This document shows positions 50,895 through 62,194 of a stretch of DNA of 64,000 nucleotides, piece after piece; within the stretch, counting starts at the first letter, position 1, and the number at the start of each line of letters is the position of its first letter. The notes beneath the pieces were generated by a model. The model had not been told where the DNA came from and ran no database searches. It saw only the letters and a program-made list of their open reading frames with translations. The translations under genes and the position numbers were made by a program. This DNA is from Squalus acanthias (Eukaryota), in NCBI GenBank assembly GCA_030390025.1, contig CM059432.1, positions 9,672,001 through 9,736,000 of the forward strand, written 5' to 3'.

Positions 50895-51470
50895 ATAGAA
50901 TTACTTAGAATGTACAGCACAGAGGCAGGCCATTTGACCCAACTGGCCCATGCTCCACACAAGCCTTCTCTCACTGCTCTTCATCTAATCCTATCAGCAT
51001 AACCTTCTATTCCTTTCTCCCTCAGGTGCTTCTCTAGCCTCCCCTTAAATGCATCTGTGCTATTTGCCTCAACCACTCCCTGTGCTGGCGAGTTCCACAT
51101 TCTCACCACTCTCTGGGTAAAGAAGTTTCTCCTGAATTCCCTATTGGATTTATTAGTGACTATCTTATACTTATGGCCCCTAGTTTTGGTCACCCTCACA
51201 AGTGGAAACATCTTCTCTACATTTACCTGATCAAACCATTTCATAATCTTAAAGACCTCTATTAGGTCACCCCTCAGCCTTCTCTTTTCTAGAGAAAAGA
51301 GCCCCAGGCTATTCAGTCTTTCCTGATAGTTATAAGCTCTCAGTTCTGGTATCATCTTTGTAAACATTTTTTGGTGCCTTCTCCACTGCCTTGATATCCT
51401 TTTTATAATATGGAGACCAGAACTGTGCACTGTATTCCAAGTGTGATCCAACCAAAGTGCTATACAGGTT
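50895..51470 (-). mobile_element. CR1 3' fragment
   Basis: ORF 50981..51451 LEKRRLRGDLIEVFKI...FFTQRVVRMWNS. Confidence 0.9.
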
Positions 51471-52274
51471 AAAGAAAATAGCTTAAGATTTCAAGAGAAA
51501 TTTTAATAATAGAAGAAGGGACATATAAGAAAAATTCTTGCTTTCTTGGATAAAAACTATATGTCCATGAGGAATAAGGGCATTTTTTAATTTTTTACTA
51601 CCCTTTAAGCTCCATGGCTTACTCTCACTCAAGTTTAACTAAAATAGAGTGTTGATAAAACCATGTCAAACTCCTCATCCAACCCTTAACCAGCCCATTT
51701 ATTCGTCCTTAATAAGCATCACTCACCCATAAAGTGTTATCAACTTTTCAAATGTTGACCACTATGAATGACAGTAACAACCCAACTAAAATTACAGAGT
51801 GTCACAAATGGAACTGTGTAAAAAATGAAAGTAAATGTCTACCATAGCTTCACGTCAACCAGAACACATTCTAACCTGAATAAGATTAAACTGCAATTTT
51901 TCCACCTCAAAGGGAAGCCTATCATGAGATCTCGGGTGGGGGGGAGGGTGCGGGGGTGGGGGGGGGAGGTCGGAGGAAATGATAGTCTTATCAAGGGATG
52001 TCACCATATCCAATGTGACACTTCTTCTCCTGCATCTGACAGCTCCTGAACGTTGCCGGCCAGCATTTGAAATGCTTGTTCCTGTTTTAACACTTCACAC
52101 GATCTAGGCAACAAATAGGTTCGGCCTACTTATTCAATTATTTTTGAAGCTGTGTTAGATGTCTGTGTGGATAACTGTTGTCAGTGTGGAATTCTGGTGT
52201 GATAGACCCTTGTGATAGTATATGTTGCTAAGGGAACAGATGTAAAGAAAGAAAAAAAAGCACCAGCGATCTTC

Positions 52275-52675
52275 TGAGAGCAGGGAAGGCTAAGAGGAGA
52301 TTTGATAGAGCTGTTTAAAATCATGAAGGGTTTAGATAGAGTAAATAAAGAGAAACTGTTTCCAATGGCTGAAGGGTCGATAACCAGAGGGCCCAGATTT
52401 AAGGTGATTGGCAAAAGAACCAGAGGCGACATGAGGAAAGGCTTTTTTACGCAGCGAGTGGTTAGGATTTGGAATGCACTGCCTGATAGGGCGGTGGATA
52501 CAGATTCAGTCATAGCCTTCAAAAGGGAATTGGATAAATACTTGAAGTAAAAAAAATTGCAGGGATATAGGGAAAAAGCAGGGGAGTGGGACTAACTGGA
52601 TTGCTCTTCGAAAGAGCCGGCACAGACTCGATGGGCCGAGTGGCCTCCTTCTGTGCTGTGCTATTCGATGATTCT
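52275..52675 (+). mobile_element. CR1 3' end
   Basis: ORF 52302..52550 followed by the 3' UTR. Confidence 0.9.
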
Positions 52676-54739
52676 GTCTGATAACCTGAGTAATACACTT
52701 CAGGGGTTTTCCTGAATAGCGTGCCATCCAGTATTGTGCAGTATTATGGTGTTAGTTACCTTGCGTATTTTGTTAGACGGGATGCACTCTAGAGTTGAGT
52801 TTTACATTATATGCATCATTACTAATAGACTCACAACTCTACTGCTTCACCCACTGAAACCACTGCAATCGCCCTGAACAACATGCAGTCTATTCATCCA
52901 CACAGCTTCCCTCTCCGTCCATGTTACGTTTACACATTTGCAGGCAGCGAGCACAGCATGGTTTGTGGGAACAATTGTACTTTCTCAATCCTGCATCTCA
53001 ACAGCTCCCTCTTTTATACATTTTCACACAAACTCCATTTGCTCAGGTTGGGGGGGGAGGGGTGGGGGGGAGGGGCGGGGGGCTTGGGGGGGTGGTGGAA
53101 TCATAAAGTTATCTAAAACATTGCCCTACTTTTGGGTAATGCTGTGCATTTTAAAGATGATCCCTTAATCTCACTCTGAAACAGCTGAATGTTGCCCCCT
53201 GAAGCTTGCGGTGGTAAAGGGCAGCGTGTACTCAGCCAGTCTCATCAGATTTACTTGCTGACAGTACAGCAATAACCGAACAGCTATAAGATTTTGGTTT
53301 CTTTTTCCCTTGACCGCTGTCCTGTGTGCGTTTGTGCTTTACGCACCCATGCAGCACTTGGCGCTTTTACTAACGATACCTTTTATTCCTAATGACAAAT
53401 TTTCCGAGTGCAGTAACAGAGATATGAGAAATACACACGGCTGTGTTTCGAGGTGATAAATTAGTGTCTGGTTTTCACAGTGCTTTCGAGCTCCCCGCAT
53501 AGTCTTCAAGGATGTAAAGGCAGTTATATCGCATGATGTGAATGCAATTTTAATTCCTGCATAATTTCACCTTATGCAGTGCTATACCGACTGCGCTTAA
53601 AAAAACCAAGATGAAATAGCTGGAATAAATGATCCTTATTGAGAAGTGATCCTACTATTGATGCTGCAATGAAGCGAGAGAGTCAAGTCAACTAACTACC
53701 TCGCAGAATAGAGCTGCCTCATCTTATCCACACAGCATTAGGCAGAGCTCAAGAGCAATTATTCTGAGTACAGGTTCCTACCTCAGTCACTGTATCAGAG
53801 GACCTGCCATGGAAGCCGCAAATCCCCTCCGTCCTTTCTGTCAGCTTTCAGTGATAAATTCAGGCGCTGGTTTCAAACTTGCTGCTGGTCCTGGGACAGA
53901 CACTCCAGGAAATGAGTGTGTTTCGCTCCTGTCAAGAAGTGCTGACGAGAGAATTCAGCAGGGAATTCAGCATTTTAGAAACTATTTCTTGCACTGTTTT
54001 TTTCACGACCTGATCTACATTTGCTCGTTCGAAGGGTCTCCTCGCTGTTTGCTGTCATTGATCCACTGCCTCTTGAACAGCTCAGGCTCTCTGTGAAGAG
54101 GGAGCAGGGGGACTGGAATCAACCAATTAAGAGATGTGTCTGGGTGTCAGTAACAAGAGATGTACACTGACAAACACCCAGTGGTGAATTATTAATGACT
54201 GTCAGACTGAAATGTTAGAACCCCGCACTTGAATAAACATATCCAGAATGATTTAAATGGGGACAGTTCCTATTAGATCTTTTTTTTTTCCTCATCGCCA
54301 TCGTTTGCATAAGAAAACATTTATCGCTGCTGCGTCTGTAATTAATTCAGACAGCAATGAACTCCAAAAAATTCATCTAATTAACCAAGAGGGCCGCGTT
54401 TCAAAGCCTTGAGGTTTGAGAATATATTTTCAAAGACTTAGTCCAATATGATCAAAAATAATTACATTTACCTTCAACTCAGAATAAACAATTTATACTT
54501 TGAAAGCAACTGCAATGCATAATTATGTAACAAAAATTCTATTTAATTTTGTTGTACATCATTTTTGCAAAGCGATCCTCAATGAGTAAAGTGGATCTAA
54601 TTATGATCAACTCGAGTGAAAATACGATGGAAGTTCTGCTTTGCGGATGTTTCTAATTTAATATTGTTGATGCAGTGTCAGCCTCTTTATATTGAGCATT
54701 AAAGGGACATTATTTTTCATGAAAGATGGAGAAAAAAAG

Positions 54740-55418
54740 GTCCCTAAAGGTGGCAGGGCATATTGAGAGAGTGGTTAACAAAGCATATGGGATCTTGGGC
54801 TTCATAAATAGAGGTACCGTGTATAAAAGTAGAGAAGTTATGCTGAACCTTTATAAAGCACTGGTTAGGCCACAACTGGAGTATTGGGTCCAGTTCTGGT
54901 CACCACACTTTGGGAAGGATGTGAAGGCCCTTGAGAGGGTGCCGAGGAGATTTACCAGAATGGTTCCGGGGATGGGGGATCTTAGCTACAAGGACAGGTT
55001 GGAGAAGCTGGATGTGTTTTCATTAGAGCAAAGGAGGTTGAGGGGTGATTTGATAAGAGGTGTACAAGATTATGACGGGTTTGGATAGGCTAGACGGGGA
55101 AAGGCTGTTCCCACTAGTTGATGGTACAAGGACTAGGGGACACAGATTTAAGGTTTTGGGCAAGAGATACAGGGGGGACGTGAAGAAAAACTTTTTTACG
55201 CAGCGAGTGGTGATGACCTGGAACTCTCTGTCGACGGAAGTGGTGGAAGCGGAGACATTCATTGTTTTAAAGGGGAGACTGGATAGGCACATGAGGGAAA
55301 TAAACTTGCAGGGCTATGGGGATAGAGCGGGGGAATAGGACTGACTGGATTGCTCTACAGAGAGCTGGCACAGACTCGATGGGCCGAATGGCCTCCTTCT
55401 GTGTCGTTATGACTCTAT
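54740..55418 (+). mobile_element. CR1 3' part whose (TATGACTC)n tail hosts two transposons
   Basis: ORFs 54726..55088 and 55060..55338. Confidence 0.92.
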
Positions 55419-56308
55419 GGGGGAAAATTCAGTTGGATTGCGCCTCCCGTTAGCGCCTTAAGAGGGCGCTAATGGGGCGCAAAGCAACTAGCGCCCGTGC
55501 GCGGCGATGTTTGCGCCGCTCACGAAATTAACTAGACATTTTGCGGCAGCACTAAACACTACCGCCACGATCTCCTGCGCCGGCCAATCGTGATGTCAGT
55601 AGAGAGTGCAACGCCCCGGTAGCGCCCCAGACCGGATATTGAATGGCGCCCCCTGTCTTACCGCCTGCCGCTAGCAACGACAGGTTGAGGGGAGCGTTTT
55701 GCAGTCAGGAAGGGACTGGGGTGCACTATTTAAAGGCGACCGCTTCCTGCCTTTTTTTGTTGGTGACATTTTTGCACCACGCATTCTGAGTGAGAAAGAA
55801 AGAATGCAGGAGATATTCAAAGCTGTGTTGAGGAGTTTTGGGTACTGAGCAGCACTTTGCAGGTTCTTTCTGGTTTGAGCTTCCTTGCATCGCTTTAGAA
55901 GAGAATATGGGGGCTGCAGTCTGAGCTCTTTCCCTGGGCCTCTCCATTGTTCTTTCCAACAGATTTGATGTGCAGGTCTCTCCAGGCCGAGATTCAAGGC
56001 TGCAATGAGCAGGATGTGGATGGAGAGCAAGATCAACCCTCCCCTTTAAGAACTGGCCGGCGCCAGTGTGTCTGTGTTCCATTGCTGACTGACATCACAT
56101 GAGCTTCGCCAGCGCTCTGAGGTAGCGACTCGCTCCTCGGCCTTTGCGCCTTAAGACAGGTGTGTAGCACTTGATTTAGCGCTCCAATCACCTCCAGGGG
56201 CAATAATAGTCAAGTTTGCAGTCGGAGGCGATAATTAGTGCCAGGCGCTAATCTTTGCGCATGGCCGATAATGGCGCCCCAAACGGGGCGATACTGAATT
56301 TTTCCCCC
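55419..56308. mobile_element. Harbinger-type element, family B
   Basis: TIRs GGGGGAAAATTCAGT / ACTGAATTTTTCCCCC, left flank gactcTAT, right flank TGT (probably a mutated TAT). Confidence 0.88.
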
Positions 56309-56319
56309 TGTGGCTCTAT

Positions 56320-57070
56320 GGGGGAAAAATTCGTTTGCTTTGTGCCTCCCGGGCGCGGCGATGTGAGCGCCGCTTGCGAAATTGACCAGTTGTTTTGCGG
56401 CGGCGCTAAACACTACCGCCACGATCTCCTGCGCCCGCAGATCGTGACGTCAGTCAAGCGTGCAACGCCCCGGTAGCGCCCCAGACCGGATATTGAGTCG
56501 CACCCCCTGCCTTAGCGCCTGCTGCTAGGAATGACAGGTAGAGGGGAATGTTTTCAAGTCAGGATGGGGCTGGGGGAGCGCTATTTAAAGGCGGGCGCTT
56601 CCTGCCTTTTTTTGTCAGCAAAACTTTTGGTTTTAACGCTGTCTTAAGGAATTTTGGCCCTCAGCTTTTGAGGTTCCTAAGCACCGAGCTCTTTCCCTGG
56701 GCCTATCCATTAGTGCTTCCAACACAATTGCTTTTGCGGTCTCTCCAGGCCAAGATTCAAGGCTGCAATGAGCAGGGAGTGGCTGGCCAGCAAGATGGCC
56801 CCTCCCCTTTAAGAACTGGACGGCGCCAGTCTGTCTGGTTTCCATGGTAATTGGCATCGCCTGAGCTTCGGTAGCGATCTGAGGTAGCGCCTCACTCCCT
56901 GACGTTTGCACCTTAAGAGAGGTGTGTCGCGCCTGATTTAGCGCTCAAATCACCTCCAGGGGCGATAGAGGCGAATTTTGCAGTCGGAGGCGATAATTAG
57001 CGCCGGGCGCTAAATTTTGTGCCCGGCCGATATTAATGCCCCAAAATGGGCGATACTGAATTTTTCCCCC
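56320..57070. mobile_element. Harbinger-type element, family B (diverged subfamily)
   Basis: TIRs GGGGGAAAAATTC / GAATTTTTCCCCC, left flank ctcTAT, right flank GATgactc. Confidence 0.85.
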
Positions 57071-57315
57071 GATGACTCGAGGTCAACAATTTGGCAAGGT
57101 CACTTCATTAGAACATAAGAACATAAGAAATAGGAGCAGGGGTCGGCCAGACGGCCCCTCGAGCCTGCTCCGCCATTCAATAAGATCATGGCTGATCTTC
57201 GACATCAACTCCACTTTCCTGCACTATCCCCATATCCCTTGATTCCCTTAGTGCCCAAAATTCTATTGATCTCAGCCTTGAACCTACTCAACGACTGAGC
57301 CTCCACAACCCTCTG

Positions 57316-58665
57316 AAATAGCGGAGCACTTAGCAAATGGGGACAGGATAGGACAGAGTCAACATGGATTTACAAAGGGTAAATCGTGCTTGACTAATCT
57401 ATTGGAATTTTTTGAGGGAGTAACTGGTAAAATAGATGGGGGAGAGCCAGTAGATGTGGTGTACCTGGACTTCCAAAAGGCCTTCGACAAGGTCCCACAT
57501 AAAAGATTAGCATGGAAAATTGAAGCTCATGGGATAAAGGGGAAAGTATTGACGTGGATAGAGAACTGGCTGTCAGATAGAAAACAGAGAGTTGGAATAA
57601 ACGGCTCATTTTCTGAATGGCAGGCAGTAACAAGTGGGGTACCACAGGGATCTGTCCTGGGTCCCCAGCTGTTCACAATTTACATTAATGACCTGGATCA
57701 GGGAGTCGGATGCAGCATTTCCAAATTTGCAGACGACACTAAACTAGGAGGGGGGGTGGGCTCAGAGGAGGAGACCAGGAAGCTCCAGAGCGATTTGGAC
57801 AGACTGGGTGATTGGGCGGATAAATGGCAGATGCACTATAATGTGGACAAGTGCGAAGTTATCCACCTTGGGTGCAGGAACGGGAGGGCAAATTATTATT
57901 TAAATGGCAATAAATTGGGAGAGGGGGAAGTACAGAGAGACCTGGGTGTTCTTGTACACCAGTCACTGAAGGCGAGCATGCAGGTGCAACAGGCGATCAA
58001 GAAGGCAAACGGTATGCTGGCCTTCATAGCAAAAGGGTTGGAATACAGGAACAGGGATACCTTGCTGCAGCTGTACAGGGCACTGGTGAGACCAGACCTC
58101 GAGTACTGTGTACAGTTTTGGTCACCTCATCTGAGGAAAGATGTTCTTGCCATGGAGGGGGTGCAGCGGCGATTCACCAGGCTGATACCAGGAATGGCGG
58201 GATTGACCTATGAGGAGAGACTATGTAGTTTAGGGATGTACACACTGGAGTTTAGAAGATTGAGAGGGGACCTCATAGAAGTGTATAAAATTCTGACAGG
58301 TCTAGACAGACTAGATGCAGAAGGAATGTTTCCCTTGGCGGGTGAGAACAGAACTAGAGGACATAATTTAAGGATAAGGGCTAAACCATTTAGGACAGAA
58401 ATGAGGGGGAATTTCTTCACTCAGAGGGTGGTGAACCTATGGAACTCATTGCCACAGAGGGCAGTGTACGCCAGCTCATTAAATATATTTAAGAGGGAAT
58501 TAGATATATTTCTGCAGGCAAAAGGGGTTAAGGGTTACGGAGAGAAGGCGGGGACGGGATACTGAATTGGAGGATCAGCCATGATCTCATTAAATGGCGG
58601 AGCAGGCTCGAAGGGCCGGATGGCCTACTCCTGCTCCTATCTTCTATGTATCTATGTATCTATGT
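57316..58665 (+). mobile_element. Young 5'-truncated CR1 with an uninterrupted RT frame
   Basis: 391-aa ORF 57390..58565 (DFQKAFDKVPH, GVPQGSVLGP, KFADDTKL) with no stops, (TCTATGTA)n tail. Confidence 0.97.
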
Positions 58666-58771
58666 AGAGAATTCCAAAGATTCACCACCCTTTGAGTGAA
58701 GAAATTCCTCCTCATCTCAGTCCTAGATGGCCGACCCCTTATCCTGAGACTTTGCCCCCTAGTTCTAGACT

Positions 58772-59105
58772 GGAGTGAGCCTTTGGCACATTAGGTAGCA
58801 TTCCCGCCTCTGGGCCAGAAGGTGCAGAGTTCAAACCCTACTCCAGATAGTCCCAGCGAGTAGAGTCGGAGCTCCAGCTCTGAATTCTGGGATGACATCC
58901 AGCGGGATACTCACGTCTGGTGGGTGTGGGTGGCCCCCCACCCTCATCGTATGGGTTGTGGAAGTCCATAAAAGTCTCCCGCCGTGTAGGACTAAACACC
59001 CCATTGGCTGGTATAAAAAATGGTTACAGCTTTGGAAAGAGCATTAATGCGGCCATACTGCCACGAATCCTTCCACTACTTCAAGAAAGACACGAAAAGA
59101 AGAAG
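58772..59105 (+). mobile_element. tRNA-head SINE with an ACGAAAAGAAGAAG tail
   Basis: A-box-like tggcacattagg, B-box gagttcaaacc, flanked by the direct repeat AGTTCTAGACT (58761-58771 and 59104-59114). Confidence 0.75.
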
Positions 59106-59194
59106 TTCTAGACTCTTCAGCCAGGGGAAAAAGCTTCTCAGCATCGATCCTATCATGACCTCTCAGAATCTTATATGTTTCAGTAAGATCATAT

Positions 59195-59470
59195 CATTCA
59201 TAGTGACCATGAAACTACCGGAATGTCATAAAAAACCCATCTGGTTCACTAATGTCCTTTAGGGAAGGAAATCTGCCGTCCTTACCTGGTCTGGCCTATA
59301 TGTGACTCCAGACCCACAGCAATGTGGTTGACTCTTAACTGCTCTCTGAAATGGACTAGCAAGTCACTCAGTTGTATAAGGTGGCTCACCACCGCCTTCT
59401 CAAAGGCAATTAGGGATGGGCAATAAATGCTGGCCTTGCCAGCGACGCCCACATCCCGTGAATTAATTTT
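59195..59470 (+). mobile_element. SINE 3' part (family of 13222-13990)
   Basis: Reverse complement homolog of 28765-29112, ending in the shared CR1-group tail. Confidence 0.72.
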
Positions 59471-59499
59471 TTTAAGTCTTCTAAACTCCAGAGAATATA

Positions 59500-59997
59500 A
59501 CAACAACAACTTGTATTTATATAGCGCCTTTAATGTAATAAAACGTCCCAAGGCGCTTCACATAAGACAAAAAATTTGACACCGAGCCACATAAGGATAA
59601 ATTAGGTCAGGTGACTAAAAGCTTGGTCAAAGAGGTAGGTTTCAAGGAGTGTCTTAAAGGAGGAAAGAGAGGTAGCGAGGCGATGAGGTTTAGGCAGAGA
59701 ATTCCAGAGCTTAGGGCCTAGGCAACAGAAGGCACGGCCACCAATGATTGAGTGATTATAATCAGGGATGCTCAAGAGGGCAGAATTAGAGGAGCGCAGA
59801 TATCTCGGGGGGTTGTGGGGCTGGAGGAGATTACAGAGATAGGAAGGGTCGAGGCCGTGGAGGGATTTGAAAACAAGGATGAGAATTTTGAAATCGAGGC
59901 GTTGCTTAACCGGGAGCCAATGTAAATCAGCGAGCACAGGGGTGATGGGTGAACGGGACTTGGTGCGAGTTAGGACACGGGCAGCCAAGTTTTGGAT
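59500..59997 (-). mobile_element. L2 LINE 3' end
   Basis: ORF 59602..59988 AARVLTRT....ITPVLADLHWLPV..R.DFKIL, (TTG)n tail. Confidence 0.92.
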
Positions 59998-60279
59998 ATA
60001 GGCCCAGTCTACTCAATCTCTCCTAATAGGACAACCCTCTCATCCCAGGAACCAATCTCGTGCACCTCAGAGGCTCCAAGTCCTGAAACGTTAACCTGTC
60101 CTTAGCTGTTTTTCTATTGTACTGACGCCACAAGTTGTGAGGCACGGGTCTTGAACAGATTATGGCTCACACTAAAGATAAACTTGCCAGAGTCACGAAG
60201 GTTGACAGCCAGGAAGACCCCGGTCTTAGCGTATCTGGCCAATTGAGAGACCTGTGCATCAGAAGCTGGCGACGCACTT

Positions 60280-60760
60280 TACAGCCTTCCGGACTCAATA
60301 TCGAGTTCAACAATTTCAGATCATAACCTCGGCCCCTACCACATATATACATATATATATATATACATTTTATCCACCCTTTTGGTTCGTGCCTTTTTCC
60401 CTTTTTTTTCTCTCTCTCCCCCTACGGCAGCTGTCTCTCATTCTGCCAGCATTTCACACCTCACCTTTTGTTTCTTAAGCTGTCCCATTACCATCTCGTC
60501 TTGCCTTGAGCATCTCTTAATGTCTCTACTTACCATAGTTATTCCTCCCCCCAGCCTCCCCCTTGCTTTTTTATCTGTTTCATTTCCTGCTTTGTTCTCA
60601 GTTCTGACGAAGGGTTTCGACCTGAAACGTTAACTCTGTTTCTCTCTCCACGGATGTTGCCTGGCCTGCTGAGTTTTTCCAGCATTTTCTGTTGACGTTA
60701 GTACTGTATCAGTGTGTTTTTTCTCTTGTTGAATTCTGGCCCACCTGCTGTGGATTGCCA
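60280..60760 (+). mobile_element. Penelope-like element 3' end
   Basis: TLQPSGLNIEFNNFRS* followed by the terminal repeat sequence. Confidence 0.78.
60600..60635 (+). ncRNA. Minimal type I hammerhead ribozyme motif
   Basis: AGTT-CTGACGA-AGGGT-TTCG-ACCT-GAAAC-GTT-AACT, with a UUCG loop on stem II. Confidence 0.75.
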
Positions 60761-60867
60761 GCATTTTCTTTGTTTTTTTTAATTTTGGATTTCATCGTTT
60801 TTTTAAATCTCTGCATTTCTAATCGTTTCTTAAAGGGATATCACCACCTCAAAAGGCAGATATTGGT

Positions 60868-61735
60868 CATAGAAACATAGAAAAATAGGAGCAGGAGTAG
60901 GCCATTCGGCCCTTCGAGCCTGCTCCGCCATTCAATATGATCATGGCTGATCCTCTATCTCAATACTATATTCCCGCTCTCTCCCCATACCCTTTGATGC
61001 CTTTTGTGTCTAGAAATCTCTCTATCTCCTTCTTAAATATATTCAGTGACTTGGCCTCCACAGCCTTCTGTGGTAGAGAATTCCACAGGTTCACCACGCT
61101 CTGAGTGAAGACATTTCTCCTCATCTCAGTCCTAAATGTTCTACCCCGTATCCTGAGACTGTGACCCCTCGTTCTAGACCCCCCCCAGCCAGGGGAAAGA
61201 TCCTCCCTGCATCCAGTCTGTCTAGCCCGGTCAGAATTTTATACGTTTCAATGAGATCCCCTCTCATTTTTCTAAACTCTAGTGAATGCAGGCCTAGTTG
61301 ACCCAATCTCTCCTCATACGACAGTCCTGCCATCCCAGGAATCAGTCCGGTGAACCTTTGCTGCACTCCCTCTATGGCAAGTACAGGAATCCCGCCCCAA
61401 CTGCGGTTTTGCCATACGCGGATTTCACGTATACACGGTTTCCACTCTGCGCCAATTTTTGCCAACCGCGGCAGTGAAATTCGCGTATCCATGGTTTTTA
61501 ATTTAAGAATAAGGTAAATAACATGATTTTTATGCTTTTTATATGCTTTTTATATTCTTTTTTATTGTGTTATTTGAACATTTATACTGAATTAGCCAAG
61601 CACGGTTTTACTAACCACAGGGGTTTTCAGGGACGTATCCCCCGCGGTTGGGGAGGGATCCCTGTATATCCTTTCTTAGGTAAGGAGACCAAAACCGCAC
61701 ACAGTACTCCAGGTGTGGTCTCACCAAGGCCCTGG
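60868..61735 (-). mobile_element. CR1 3' fragment interrupted by a TA-TSD MITE
   Basis: CR1 motifs at 60868-61383, resuming at 61665-61735. Confidence 0.88.
61384..61664. mobile_element. Tc1/mariner (Tigger/pogo-like) MITE
   Basis: About 23-bp TIRs CAGGAATCCCGCCCCAACTGCGG / CCGCGGTTGGGGAGGGATCCCTG, TSD TA. Confidence 0.8.
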
Positions 61736-62194
61736 ATAACTGCTAACATGATAAGTTTCTACTGGCTAGGCCATTCAAGAACAGTCTGCCAGATGCCACA
61801 GCAAATTTGCTGTAATCAGAAGTGCTGCAGCAAAATACATTTACTCTATCCTAACCTTCGTTTTATTAGAATCAAGATTTTTTAAAGATGGTAGCATCAG
61901 CGACGTTAATACATAACAGCAACTTACAGTTAGATAACATCTTTCATGTTACAGACGTCCCAAGGTGATTTACAGGGGTTTGAATAACAATGAGCAGGAA
62001 GTCCCATCTGCCTGTTCAGGTGAACACAAGAATCCAATGGTAATTTCTGAAGAAGACCAGTGTCCCAGCTGACATTCCTCGCTCAACTAACATCAGCAAA
62101 AGAGATTAGCTAGCCGTTCATCTCGCTGCTGTTTCTGTGACCTTACTATGTTCAAATTGGCTACCACTTTTACCTACGTAACAGCAGTAACTAC

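Larger units (their letters stand above)
57110..60065 (-). mobile_element. One CR1 3' fragment broken into five pieces (57110-57315, 58666-58771, 59105-59190, 59475-59498, 59998-60065)
   Basis: The pieces are colinear with the CR1 at 42777-43388 when the four inserts are removed. Confidence 0.75.

Noticed and set aside
53809..54096. 95-aa ATG-initiated ORF in unique DNA
   Set aside because: No recognisable domain, and the length is within chance.
57390..58565. 391-aa ORF as a host gene or active element
   Set aside because: It is a 5'-truncated CR1 RT with no endonuclease, ORF1 or promoter.
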